A stretch of 64,000 nt of DNA from a virus, in IMG/VR virus record IMGVR_UViG_3300030329_005371, positions 38,631-102,630 of that record. One strand, 5' to 3'. Positions 48,301-55,648 of this stretch are shown piece after piece. Under the pieces are notes generated by a model. It did not search any database and was not told the origin of the DNA. It was given only the letters and a program-made list of their open reading frames with translations. The position numbers and the translations under genes were made by a program. Numbering within the stretch: position 1 is the stretch's first letter; the number at the start of each line of letters is the position of its first letter.

Positions 48301-49964
48301 TTTTAGACGTAATGACCGGCCGGTATATAGATCGCTCTGCTGGTACAACCTTGGTGTATGATGATTCCATTAGCCTAAGTTTATTAGGACTTACTCCTGC
48401 CCCTTACAGTGGAAACCGAATCAATGAACACTGTATGCAAATAAGCGCCAGCATACGTATCAATGATGTGGTAACGGCGCCAAAAGTTGAAATTGATACT
48501 GGCACAACTGGCACTGTCACCATAGTAGAGACTGATAGTTGGGTAATTCGTCCGCGCATGGAAACCCCAATGATGAACTTTAATGATAAACAGTTACAAA
48601 GACCTCTTACTAGTTCTGAATTGGCAATACCGCAAGGCTATGGAGCCGCATCAGTACCCCGAGGCATGTGGCATCAGTTTGGCGTTTTAGAGCGAGATCC
48701 TACCAAAGGAATTTTCCTAGAAGTTGAGGATATGCCTCTAGATTGGTTAAATAATCACTATGATGTGTATATTAATAATTCTGTCTATAACGACTACAAC
48801 GCTAAACAAAGCGGCTCTAACGTTATACTTTCCACAAAATCGCTAATAGATTTGGTTGGCTTCGATTCGGATAACAGGAGCGCCAAGCTTGGAAAGCTTA
48901 AAACGTCCCTAACGATTAATGAAGCTGTGGTGGCGATTCCGTATATTGTAGAGGGCGCCGAATCTTCTGATGGATTTGAGGCCGCCACGGCCGCCACCAT
49001 GACCTCTCCAGAAAATATGGAGAGAAAGAAATTTATAAGTATTCCTGAAAGCAGAATAGAAGCAGCTGTTCTTGAGGGTACGACCGCATCCGACTCGCTG
49101 GATGCCGCTGGTGAATCCATCAGGCGCCAAATCGAGCTAATGAGAAAGTATATCTTCCCCCCCAACCTAGATTGGGTTAACTTCCCAGCTGAATCAGAAA
49201 CTGGAGGTATTCCTTCATGGTATCAATCATTAAGGCCCGATTGGCTGGAATCGGATTGTCCAGATAGTGTTACTGATGAAGCCGCAGCTGAGCCTTTTGT
49301 CGCCTATATATTTGAATTTTCATATGATTTTAGTGAAGATGATTTGTCTTATATGTGGCAAAATCTCGCACCACCTGAGTATAAAAAGATAACTCTTCAA
49401 AATACCGCTGTTGCTCATGAGTTAATAGATTCCGAACTTCTATCTGAAACTAACTTGGCAGATAACGAGAGCCTTAGATGGATGGTATTTAAGGTGAAGC
49501 AGAGATCTCAAGTAAATTATTATGACCACTATAAGGAAATAGGCACCTATAGTGCCTATACTGAGCAATGTATTCGCGATGCTAGAAAGTTTGGATATAA
49601 TTGGCCGTATGATTATTTATCATTTGTAGAGAAGATCAAGATAGATGTGAAATTGGCTATGGAATCTCCTTTTGTTGATGGAGAGTCGCCAATGATGGGC
49701 GCTGACGATGAGAGCGGATTGAGTAGCGCCGGTCCCGCTGCCGGCTCAGAATTGAGCAGGCCATCCGATGCCCCATCGATGCTTTCTCACTTTGAGGCCA
49801 ACTCTGCTCTTGCGTTTTCGGTAACTCATATACAGACATTTACTGAGGATGACGAGTCGGAGAACGGCATGTCTGTTTTTACTGACGTAGATTTTTCACA
49901 GGCTGTGAATTCGCCTACTTTAAATCAGTCTATGTGGGATGCTCTTAGAGATGAGTATGGTTGA
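39354..49964 (+). CDS. Giant (3536 aa) baseplate wedge/receptor-binding protein with LamG/concanavalin-like domains
   Basis: TAEFWLK...WGHYAF...LYENG...LDEFRFWKVAR..QI...LGVYYKFNEG...DYSG (LamG-like); IFKSKGTGRAIRNVLRCF (gp7/gpI-like wedge motif); a second LamG-like repeat downstream. Confidence 0.75.
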   Translation: MSIKKLFDSANPSIIFEDYKNEKEMFEFVESRDNARQINIKNETFVPHLDYSQPVNFIRYGSAYYFYQGALKKISDYYPYDGSSAEKVKFYNSLFEGEKYVFDKRYPTTTGYVIMSVDGWGSRSGAQVNGYGMPATPEYITFKGGPLTASGTSMVSRGPDPDTNKVNYSNIYDENIYETAGLPDDYGKGTRLSNLRSNFDDGVTAEFWLKKTSFDLTKTGKEVVADIWNNYSLSTGKYGRITLELTGGFSGNTPFMFTVQSGTTSVALQRMRIGNNITPASLKNWGHYAFTFQNSGSSFVVKLYENGVLNDINIYNGNISELNSKGMMGRLGGLMRPPSGSAIGAGAGKLSASLDEFRFWKVARNSQQISRNWFAPVNGGTNTDISNTTLGVYYKFNEGIVGSSSIDSMVLDYSGRLSNGVWTGYSATSRNTGSAIVSASAARTEAADPIIRVEHPKFIALSSSLLATGSYYDLNNNSSFMSYVPSWIIEEHEALGNPNIKIISHILGSYFDKLYFLIKEVPKIRESDYITSSVAPVPFARHLPQSLGLYTPNTFIDADIVEKLLNRDATRFFEGDLVEAKNEIYVNLYNNLAEIFKSKGTGRAIRNVLRCFNLDDSLLQFRQYSTGETYSLANNLRQKQYQKTFLNNDHRNNLAGVVYQCTASSNSDSRGYISGSYESSIAGAENPYGATIEADIMFPTYNLLSNTFRRQHDLSKMSLFGMYTANTGSARALAGANTAFVSSSDYSNFQVYAQRPTPRSKDVQFILSSSRSPYPIPLLTSSVFFNVYDNNLWNLSVRLRPQGYPMAAVVSGSIGYGYDVVFRGTNYILDTELESFEVSSSISHEAGTRFLQSAKRLYVGAHRDNLTGTISQSCDVTFSSVKYWTKYLDNYSLRQHSRNSHNSGISGSYRNISPLDPNNKNKDLLNLNTLALEWNFTALSKSTTHGKFFVEDYSSGSATMRNNYGWLGKVSGYQHTGRGFSYATSSTDIASIKSLNVYEFIDPEQVVSDEMIRIVSGDEEVFDLTHTVPDYLFTLEKSMYGAVSAEMLNFFAGVIDFNSLIGDPVNRYRERYKDLEKLREIFFRRVTKVTDVEKFLNYYKWFDDAISMIIQQLVPGSSPYVENILNMIEPHVLERSKYQTKFPTLEFKEPEIEFAPFKGIWEKTYSWKFGHSPLPSSPRDTEENILYWKNRAQRWKTELKKATNGPPDAIVNEQREKVRKAVVTNPHVSSSIPKVRTRGGMSYQAPRYPRRNFQKPYRLGIQTPGSASVLYGGVNFEASKNIHFTYNALTPAGPVNTDSGVFVPENVLMSFMSSLTKIPPSKDPKPAWVKTKRYSKVLHGRDYESGLGYKNVKSSIAFPFNLYDSSDVVKAGYQAQIRKVLSGGITITNLHNDVYGPYILERPMQGPFTEYAVGGHQSRHITINKGADTWKTRPEAWKLLLACCTDLSRSIEDSGAIGLVGADYPYPGSNGGAEGDIRPYPQTASQKAVYYRDFVSKRPVNIRNIHHTTGSTILGNYNNNYDFLNTVGAYSNPRQFVEKQPQLPNIIFENSGSNFGRLGSTRTLVDRGPTSVRNLLNIRRSEPFKNVRYSHFNFLSSSKLPARINGRGYPGEYSVGYLTGSKNKSVIRGRFAAPGGIEIATPGYNDFRSDSYSVYNSVNNRNLMVKRPFQAFPQNKSFISAEITGAGPAGISVFDIHGKDYGLYAHLTRHSAKFGRSSVWITGSHTGSVEPFPGALATGGSLTTPGTIANGTQITITVPVSAGGAGKAVTIEFTTSDSTGAGAAGANKIGIGTPAIFTTYRNAEYARALRDAINGAENSLVTYATSGEGIKGIGVKGVSASPKGDLYGFTNVAVRALYAGTAGNSITMANVAGTSLVTVGTFTSGQNKKKGLLTYGGPGKTYNQLPSFHKVNRNNLTVLKQSHAAAGLAQYSPSSVYDNWYITHQIPRSTLQYAWITASCQYRRDGAYGMVSSDFLTKDSTGKWIDSLDFVSASEFVSYINAAPRAFGWDYSGVFANRQVQRTDFVGLNLNTLETCNTGSGILGKMILSALPGGEGGFLNHPDLAFRSLNRHPGQIATINTAGTASALNAILLNRQSVYGWPTWRQMRWADHKLLRTYKKHNAVYMESITGAVASTTKFIMPPVSMRGRPLYVSLEVDENTQVWKADYSNNYVYFNRYETDDQFPDFGRDYTSTTVGEQIIDNAVTEAFDSIDLNWILYTENIFPSQRNEFLNHSRNKKMFDNRFWRDSQNARVTLGTTISSSQDIVPLLTQSCFVLDAPLDFLTRRMVPLVSYSLASGQLRGREGTILRNRKSLIDQATAGELQNTYSTYFTSSNIGRLRVSNYQKANVLTPGLLYARKHTISTPTSVVCPAGIDIPQSGSGKMLPFASTKQIQIFAGEAQWQAGSQAGYMWYDLDAPHRNYLQFIPKPSKPWFNNYEEFNYLLNKVSKAKEFAIVPEYRMSVHIEDYSRAGWSMTDIQNKKYDMLEFPETRGCAETQQASEDGSFAPACQNSQETYFYVDYSNSEFLQNYGDLKWASGLEAKQIKIECSASIRFNPYKGFYPVQRTIQLAHKLREELGLQTSWDAAGAPYYNDPPWYIDGLDNNFSGSLTKPLFQPMFAPGIMFNTIKSGLAVDFPVVEDPRFVQRTPFGDSAALKENNYAITIDPTTMRLLGMRRNALFDRRIPFEAMINPDLGFMGSTALYVDLDSHPSCSIDLTSSGTGDPLTGRLIDAECAETSYGWMADNFFGEVMNTYLADGQPTQLKSDGWPRAGQTIEVGTYMMRIKLRRSMEGIKSYSNERGSKVYLNPVGTYGGRGRGRGPGGTPFNFSSLSPYVQNGGRRIFSGTQGSGRPANAKGKMGFSTSSIGYPIPQDPFSSASSYRETFTMYSRPTAFGPPLAGMGEQSKTSVSRYMNNTIVDSFSGHNPAYTPPYYDGESWCDVVFRVPESMSDHKYTMTDIINNCKYKYWRIDPGYATASYRVLDVMTGRYIDRSAGTTLVYDDSISLSLLGLTPAPYSGNRINEHCMQISASIRINDVVTAPKVEIDTGTTGTVTIVETDSWVIRPRMETPMMNFNDKQLQRPLTSSELAIPQGYGAASVPRGMWHQFGVLERDPTKGIFLEVEDMPLDWLNNHYDVYINNSVYNDYNAKQSGSNVILSTKSLIDLVGFDSDNRSAKLGKLKTSLTINEAVVAIPYIVEGAESSDGFEAATAATMTSPENMERKKFISIPESRIEAAVLEGTTASDSLDAAGESIRRQIELMRKYIFPPNLDWVNFPAESETGGIPSWYQSLRPDWLESDCPDSVTDEAAAEPFVAYIFEFSYDFSEDDLSYMWQNLAPPEYKKITLQNTAVAHELIDSELLSETNLADNESLRWMVFKVKQRSQVNYYDHYKEIGTYSAYTEQCIRDARKFGYNWPYDYLSFVEKIKIDVKLAMESPFVDGESPMMGADDESGLSSAGPAAGSELSRPSDAPSMLSHFEANSALAFSVTHIQTFTEDDESENGMSVFTDVDFSQAVNSPTLNQSMWDALRDEYG

Positions 49965-49988
49965 TGGTGAATATTTCCCTTATATGGA

Positions 49989-49995
49989 TAGTTAT
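49989..49995 (+). promoter_or_regulatory. Putative late-promoter motif TAGTTAT
   Basis: 23 nt upstream of the ATG at 50012. Confidence 0.35.
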
Positions 49996-50011
49996 TGTTA
50001 GAGAATAAAAG

Positions 50012-51052
50012 ATGAAATTTTTAAACAAAAAAGAACAAGTAATGGACTTTAAGTTAACGTCTTATGGTCACTATTTGCTTTCTATGGGCAGATTTAAGCC
50101 AGCTTATTATGCTTTTTATGATGATAATGTGCTATATGATGGCGCTTATGCGAACATAAGCGAGTCCGCGAATCAAATTCATGATCGCATTAAGCACGAA
50201 ACACAATATTTAGAAACACAAGTTCTTTTCCAAGAAGTAGATACCCCGGCCGAAATTATTGATGAAGGATCAATGTCTTATTATTTAACAGACATAAGCC
50301 CCATCATGAGAGAGCCTCGAAAAGATACCTTTAGATTTGAAGCCATGATAGGTGACGCATTTTTAGAGGGAAGCAACAACATAGCCCCAGCCTGGAAGAT
50401 AGTAACACTTCAAGGGCATATAAAAGACAACACGCTTCAGGATAAGGTAAACAATTTTGATATCCCACAGCTTAATATCACTCTTAACTACTATAAAAGG
50501 CTTATTGATCCAGATTATATGACGACACTACCCACGGACTCAGTGCGAAATGCCGGCATGACTACGCCGCCTTTTGCCGATGGAAAAGCAATACAATTAG
50601 TGGTAGATGACCTGTTGTTATATGCGGAAGAAGTAAATACTGAATTGCTACATGAGAATTTTGATATTGAGGTGTTTGAAATAGTTACCGGCGCTTATGG
50701 TAAATTATGTGCCACGTGCCCTCGTCAAGATAAATTTAAAAGAAAGTACTTTCTTGAGAATTTATTTAAATTAGATGGAGAGGCGATTACTGAGGAGTAC
50801 TTAAGAAAAGTTTCTCTCAATCCCAAGCAACTTTATTTAGAAAGTGCTTTAGTGTCTTCAAGTGTTGCTTACTATTTTGATATTTTTAAAGACGGCCAGA
50901 TATCACCAGAAGATGCCTGTAAAGGATCAGAGGTATTTAATAGGCAATCTCTGTATATCGACTTAGACTTCGACTGCGATATCGAGAGCCCAACGGATTC
51001 TCAATATTATGACATTTACGGCGTAGTAACGGAGCCTGAAATATGTCAGTAA
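50012..51052 (+). CDS. Virion structural protein; N-terminus related to 58290/59357
   Basis: FL...D.KLT.YG..LL..G.F...YAF.DD..LYD. Confidence 0.65.
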   Translation: MKFLNKKEQVMDFKLTSYGHYLLSMGRFKPAYYAFYDDNVLYDGAYANISESANQIHDRIKHETQYLETQVLFQEVDTPAEIIDEGSMSYYLTDISPIMREPRKDTFRFEAMIGDAFLEGSNNIAPAWKIVTLQGHIKDNTLQDKVNNFDIPQLNITLNYYKRLIDPDYMTTLPTDSVRNAGMTTPPFADGKAIQLVVDDLLLYAEEVNTELLHENFDIEVFEIVTGAYGKLCATCPRQDKFKRKYFLENLFKLDGEAITEEYLRKVSLNPKQLYLESALVSSSVAYYFDIFKDGQISPEDACKGSEVFNRQSLYIDLDFDCDIESPTDSQYYDIYGVVTEPEICQ

Positions 51053-53940
51053 ATATTGGTAACAATGTAATCAATGTAGCTGGGAGAATGTTGCCCATTC
51101 CATACGTAGAGCGCGCCGTCGTTCGCGATGATGTGATAGATATCAAGTTAGCTTTGTATGTTCCTTATTCGGAGGGTCAGGTTTTGGGCGATGTAACCGG
51201 CTCCTTAAAGAAGCTTAAATATTATGTAGGGCAGGTTTTTGATGGTGACGCTAGTGGTTCGTTGGATACCGATAGCGACGGTAGTCTTGACTATGATTAT
51301 ACTGAGGCAAACATCTTTGGAGGCAGAACTCGGCGTTTTGATGCCATAGTTTCAGATAAAGGCGCCTTAGATTATCTTATTGACGTGACAAAGCCTCATC
51401 ACTACACGGACCTGTTTATCCATTCAGATTCCCTTTCGTCGTCACTCGGCGCCACTGGATACTCTTCGGGAGATTTGGTAATTTATCGGATAGATGGACA
51501 CAAACAACTCTCAGCGTTAAATTTCGAAGATTTTACTTTAGTAGATGACGCGGAAGACGAGGATGAATCCAACATGCCGACCATGATAGCTCATTATACT
51601 GCGGATATCACATTAAGTGCTGTTGGTTCAGCCGCATATTTTGCTAATGGAGTTTACTCTGGTTCGGTGAATGTGGATTATGATTTGTCTCTGATAGCCT
51701 TTTCGTCTTTATTGGACTTTTCCACAGTGGGCGATGGCTCCGGAGAAACACCAGAGGCCCTCGAAAAAGCTATTGAAGATCCTCGCTATGCTACTTTATA
51801 TAGTGCTCTATGTTCTCAAGTATCTCACGAGAAAGTTTTTAGAAATGGATATATTGTGCTCGATCCTACTGCGGTATATTATCTTAACACAGGAAAGGTT
51901 TATAATGGAAACCCAATACAAACTATAGACGGATCTTTTCACGTATCAACCCCTAAAATAAATCGCGGAACCATGGTGGAGCAGTTTGAAACACTATATA
52001 CCAATCCGTCGACGGACACTCAAACCCCGGGCTTAGCAGAAATGGTTAGCGGCTTTAAATACATTATAAACACATATGGCCAGACTGAAGAGCTATTGCC
52101 TAGATTAAACTTGTTTAAAAAGTCCTTTATTGATAAATCTCCTGGCACCACCACTGGACAATGGTATAACTTATTCGAACGTTCGCTAATGACGGTTAAC
52201 CGTATGGCGTTTGAAAACCCATCCGTCCGTCGCGAATTGGTTACTACGCCTGTAGTGGTAGATTCGAGAACCAAGATTTCTGATACTTATAGTCCTCCTG
52301 CGGATCTTTCCGGAGAATATGATTTAGATACTGATTATGTATACGGATCCAGCAATAGCGTGATCATGACTCGTAATGCGTATTTTGAAGGCGAACCCCC
52401 GGAAGATAAATATGATAATGATTTTGTATTGGTGGAAGGTGGGTTTTTCTTCTTTGATTATGAAAAAGCACTCAAGACACAAAGTGCGATATCTAAGCTG
52501 ATGGATGTTAATAGAATTGAAGCATATTTTGGTAAGTCCGCCACAAATCAATATTTTAATTTAAAAGAGGCGGGATACCTACGACGAGGAGAAACAGATG
52601 GACTCATTCTCCCTATATATGCTTCCAGAGCTTACTTTCGTGCTAATGATGGAGGAGTAGGTCCTCCTACCACATCTTATCCTTATTTAGAATATTTTAC
52701 CACTTGGGGGTGGACTGAATCGGACGAAGACGGCGGCGCCGGCTATATCAAATACCGAACCTCGTTCGATCCATCAGGTAGTAGTAAGACTTTATATCCA
52801 GAGATAATGCTTAGAAATTTAGTAGTTCCCGGCGCCGATAGTCTTAATGATTATCGAATGATGTCTTTCCAATTTCAAAGTATTTTTGATAGCGAAGGTA
52901 GTTATTATGATTCTCCACGAAACAACGATACGATAGAATTTCAAACAGTTGTATATGATCACACCCGGGCCCTGGTAATGGCCATCACAAGTTCGTTGGC
53001 TGCGTTTTTGACAGAAACAGACACTACGGCCTATAGCCGTCACACCGGCAGTTTGAAAGACTATGTTCAATATGCTGAGCAGTTTTGTAGTTATAACGAT
53101 TTAGATGGAGTTTTTAACCAATTTTTTGTAGATGAGATGAATGCGACTTATGTTGCTAATCCTTCATCCGCGCCATGGTTCCGCGCTCCCGCGATGTTTA
53201 ACATATATAGAGATTTAATGTATGATACATTTGGAGGAGACACTTCCAAGATAACTGATGAGACCATAATTATAAGTCAAAAGATCTCGCCTTCTACCGG
53301 AAACTTAGAAGATTTGCAATCTTTCTACGTTGATTTTCAAAATTTAGTAGAAGCAGTTACAGATGGTATTGATTTAAGTTCTGTTAGTGATGAAATTAGA
53401 CTTGAATTTGGATTTACTAACGAAATTGATGTAATGGATTATGGATATCCTGATTTCGCTGCCATGGCCGATAGCGAAACCTACACGGCATGGGATTGGG
53501 AATATACCAAAGATATGTATGTTGATTTCTCGGCAGCCGGCGAGGAGGCCTGGGAGGCTGCCGATTATCAGACGCTATATGACAATGCCGGCTCAATAAT
53601 GACTGAATTTGCGCTACCAATGGATGCTGTTTATTCGGAATTGTTAAGTGAAATTAATACATTTGCCGACACCCAAGACAGTTGGGTTTTCCTGTATGGA
53701 TACGAAATTGGTGATGCTGTGACAATGTATTATACTGTTACTATAGATGGAACTGTGGCATCATCTACGGATATATCCACAATCCAGGCATATGCCGAGG
53801 ATGGATCTATGGTAGACAATACTTATTACAAAGTTCAACTATACGCATACCCCAATGCCGTCGATGGCAAAGGCGTCTACCAGAGGCTCAAGATCACCCA
53901 ATATGTTGGCACTAGTCGCGACGAAGCCGCTGGTTTTTAG
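51043..53940 (+). CDS. Large acidic Tyr/Asp-rich structural protein, function unknown
   Basis: 965-aa ORF within the structural module. Confidence 0.7.
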   Translation: MSVNIGNNVINVAGRMLPIPYVERAVVRDDVIDIKLALYVPYSEGQVLGDVTGSLKKLKYYVGQVFDGDASGSLDTDSDGSLDYDYTEANIFGGRTRRFDAIVSDKGALDYLIDVTKPHHYTDLFIHSDSLSSSLGATGYSSGDLVIYRIDGHKQLSALNFEDFTLVDDAEDEDESNMPTMIAHYTADITLSAVGSAAYFANGVYSGSVNVDYDLSLIAFSSLLDFSTVGDGSGETPEALEKAIEDPRYATLYSALCSQVSHEKVFRNGYIVLDPTAVYYLNTGKVYNGNPIQTIDGSFHVSTPKINRGTMVEQFETLYTNPSTDTQTPGLAEMVSGFKYIINTYGQTEELLPRLNLFKKSFIDKSPGTTTGQWYNLFERSLMTVNRMAFENPSVRRELVTTPVVVDSRTKISDTYSPPADLSGEYDLDTDYVYGSSNSVIMTRNAYFEGEPPEDKYDNDFVLVEGGFFFFDYEKALKTQSAISKLMDVNRIEAYFGKSATNQYFNLKEAGYLRRGETDGLILPIYASRAYFRANDGGVGPPTTSYPYLEYFTTWGWTESDEDGGAGYIKYRTSFDPSGSSKTLYPEIMLRNLVVPGADSLNDYRMMSFQFQSIFDSEGSYYDSPRNNDTIEFQTVVYDHTRALVMAITSSLAAFLTETDTTAYSRHTGSLKDYVQYAEQFCSYNDLDGVFNQFFVDEMNATYVANPSSAPWFRAPAMFNIYRDLMYDTFGGDTSKITDETIIISQKISPSTGNLEDLQSFYVDFQNLVEAVTDGIDLSSVSDEIRLEFGFTNEIDVMDYGYPDFAAMADSETYTAWDWEYTKDMYVDFSAAGEEAWEAADYQTLYDNAGSIMTEFALPMDAVYSELLSEINTFADTQDSWVFLYGYEIGDAVTMYYTVTIDGTVASSTDISTIQAYAEDGSMVDNTYYKVQLYAYPNAVDGKGVYQRLKITQYVGTSRDEAAGF

Positions 53941-53945
53941 GCACC

Positions 53946-53953
53946 TATTTATA
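53946..53953 (+). promoter_or_regulatory. Putative late-promoter motif TATTTATA
   Basis: 23 nt upstream of the ATG at 53969, ahead of an AAGGAG SD; exact reverse complement of the T4 late promoter TATAAATA. Confidence 0.45.
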
Positions 53954-53968
53954 TAAAGGAGAGTTAAA

Positions 53969-54943
53969 ATGAAAAGTTATCAAAGAACGACTCTAAATAA
54001 AGAATCTCATTTTAAAGGCATTCAAAAAGCAGCCGTACCCAGATATATTAATGGCGTGTTGGTCAAAGAAGTTAACAGTCGAGATTTTAAAGTTCAAAAT
54101 GCGTTCAAGATTTTAGAGAAGAATGGCTCTACACCTCTTAATATGCCCTATAAACAATATGGTGCTGAAATTTCTACCTCTCACGCTGTTATGCAGGCGC
54201 TCGGAGCCTCTCCAGTTTCTGGCGGGAAAAAGAAGATTGATTTTATGCCACAACAAGAGATTTTTGTTCCTTCTAATCCTAATGTATTTGATAAAGAGAG
54301 GTATAAAAATCTAAAGAACAAGACGTTTACACCGTCAAAAAGTTTCCCCAATCCAGCAGATCCTTTTTATAATTTAGCCGGCTCTGCGCCCTCTAGAGCC
54401 ATGGCCAGCCGCGCAAGAAAGACTAAGGAGTTAAGCAATTTAATAAATCCAGCTGCCCTTGTAGAGTCTATTTTTGACGTCAATATAGGATTCTCTTATA
54501 GCACAAAACCGACGACATTGGTTGATAAAAATAGCGCTGAACGAAATGTAAAACTTATGGATAATCAAATATCTGCTGATAAAAGAAGATCTTCTGCGCA
54601 AATTAAAGCACCTCGCCACGACCAGATCTGGACGACCGGTGGTACCACGAGCATAATTCAACCAACGGAACCCGATATTCTCCTTCGCAATATCAGCGCT
54701 CGCAACATTAGCGCCCGCGATATTCGCACCGGTCGCTATGATTCAAATGACCCTGCTGGTAACAATATTAGCGCGCGCGATATTAGCGCCCGAGATATGA
54801 CGGCACAGAGCGCTGTGATTACGAGCTTGCGAAAAATACAACATAGCAAGAGGCGGCCTACAAATAGCGATCGTTCTCTTAAAAAGAGCGCCTTACAAGA
54901 AGCGTACACACGCCCAATAAGACGCTTGAGAGGACTTAAATAA
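53969..54943 (+). CDS. Basic low-complexity protein with (N/D)ISAR repeats
   Basis: Lys/Arg-rich 324 aa, good SD, tandem pentapeptide repeats. Confidence 0.7.
   Translation: MKSYQRTTLNKESHFKGIQKAAVPRYINGVLVKEVNSRDFKVQNAFKILEKNGSTPLNMPYKQYGAEISTSHAVMQALGASPVSGGKKKIDFMPQQEIFVPSNPNVFDKERYKNLKNKTFTPSKSFPNPADPFYNLAGSAPSRAMASRARKTKELSNLINPAALVESIFDVNIGFSYSTKPTTLVDKNSAERNVKLMDNQISADKRRSSAQIKAPRHDQIWTTGGTTSIIQPTEPDILLRNISARNISARDIRTGRYDSNDPAGNNISARDISARDMTAQSAVITSLRKIQHSKRRPTNSDRSLKKSALQEAYTRPIRRLRGLK
54689..54799 (+). repeat. 15-nt coding tandem repeats encoding (N/D)ISAR
   Basis: aatatcagcgctcgc / aacattagcgcccgc / gatatt... then aatattagcgcgcgc / gatattagcgcccga. Confidence 0.85.
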
Positions 54944-55647
54944 TGACAATTGAGATAACAATAGACTATACCCAGGTTATTGATCCGACACATTATGCTG
55001 ATTATTACGGCGTCTTTGTTGCCGGCGATTTCTCTTCGGAGAATGGATACCTTACTATATTCTCTGAATATGATCAGGGCAACAGCCTTGATGAGAATGG
55101 ATTTTATTATGATATTACGCCTATTTTTAATATAATTCCGAATGAATCTTTTGCTAATGTATTTCTTGAAAAGCTTTCTTCTGAGCAATTAGCATTGCTT
55201 TGTCAAGTTGTGCCTTACACTTTTGATGGATATGATGAATCAAATCCCACCTTAGAGCTTTTAAGTATCGGCTATAACGGACTGACAGATCCTGTACTTC
55301 TGGAAGGAGCCGCCGATATTTTAGAAGACATCAACCTCGACGTCGAGGATGATACAGTAATTAATTTTAGCGTAACCTATGATTACCAAGAAATCTCTGG
55401 CCTTCGAAGTCGCTTTGGCTATGAGGCGGGCTCTTCGATTAGCGATATTATCAGCGACGGCGCCGCAACTATTGCCCTAGAGGCGGCTTCTTCGTATATA
55501 AGCGAAAGAAAAATTTATCACCGCACAACGATAGTACCTCTTCAGGGTAGTTTCTCTACCTTCGATTACCTACCTGTCGTTAATTTGTCCGCATTTAATT
55601 CTATAACGCCTTTTGTTTTAGGCGGAACCTCCACAACTGGATATTAA
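54943..55647 (+). CDS. Acidic hypothetical structural protein
   Basis: 234 aa, TAATG coupling to the upstream gene. Confidence 0.7.
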   Translation: MTIEITIDYTQVIDPTHYADYYGVFVAGDFSSENGYLTIFSEYDQGNSLDENGFYYDITPIFNIIPNESFANVFLEKLSSEQLALLCQVVPYTFDGYDESNPTLELLSIGYNGLTDPVLLEGAADILEDINLDVEDDTVINFSVTYDYQEISGLRSRFGYEAGSSISDIISDGAATIALEAASSYISERKIYHRTTIVPLQGSFSTFDYLPVVNLSAFNSITPFVLGGTSTTGY

Positions 55648-55648
55648 A

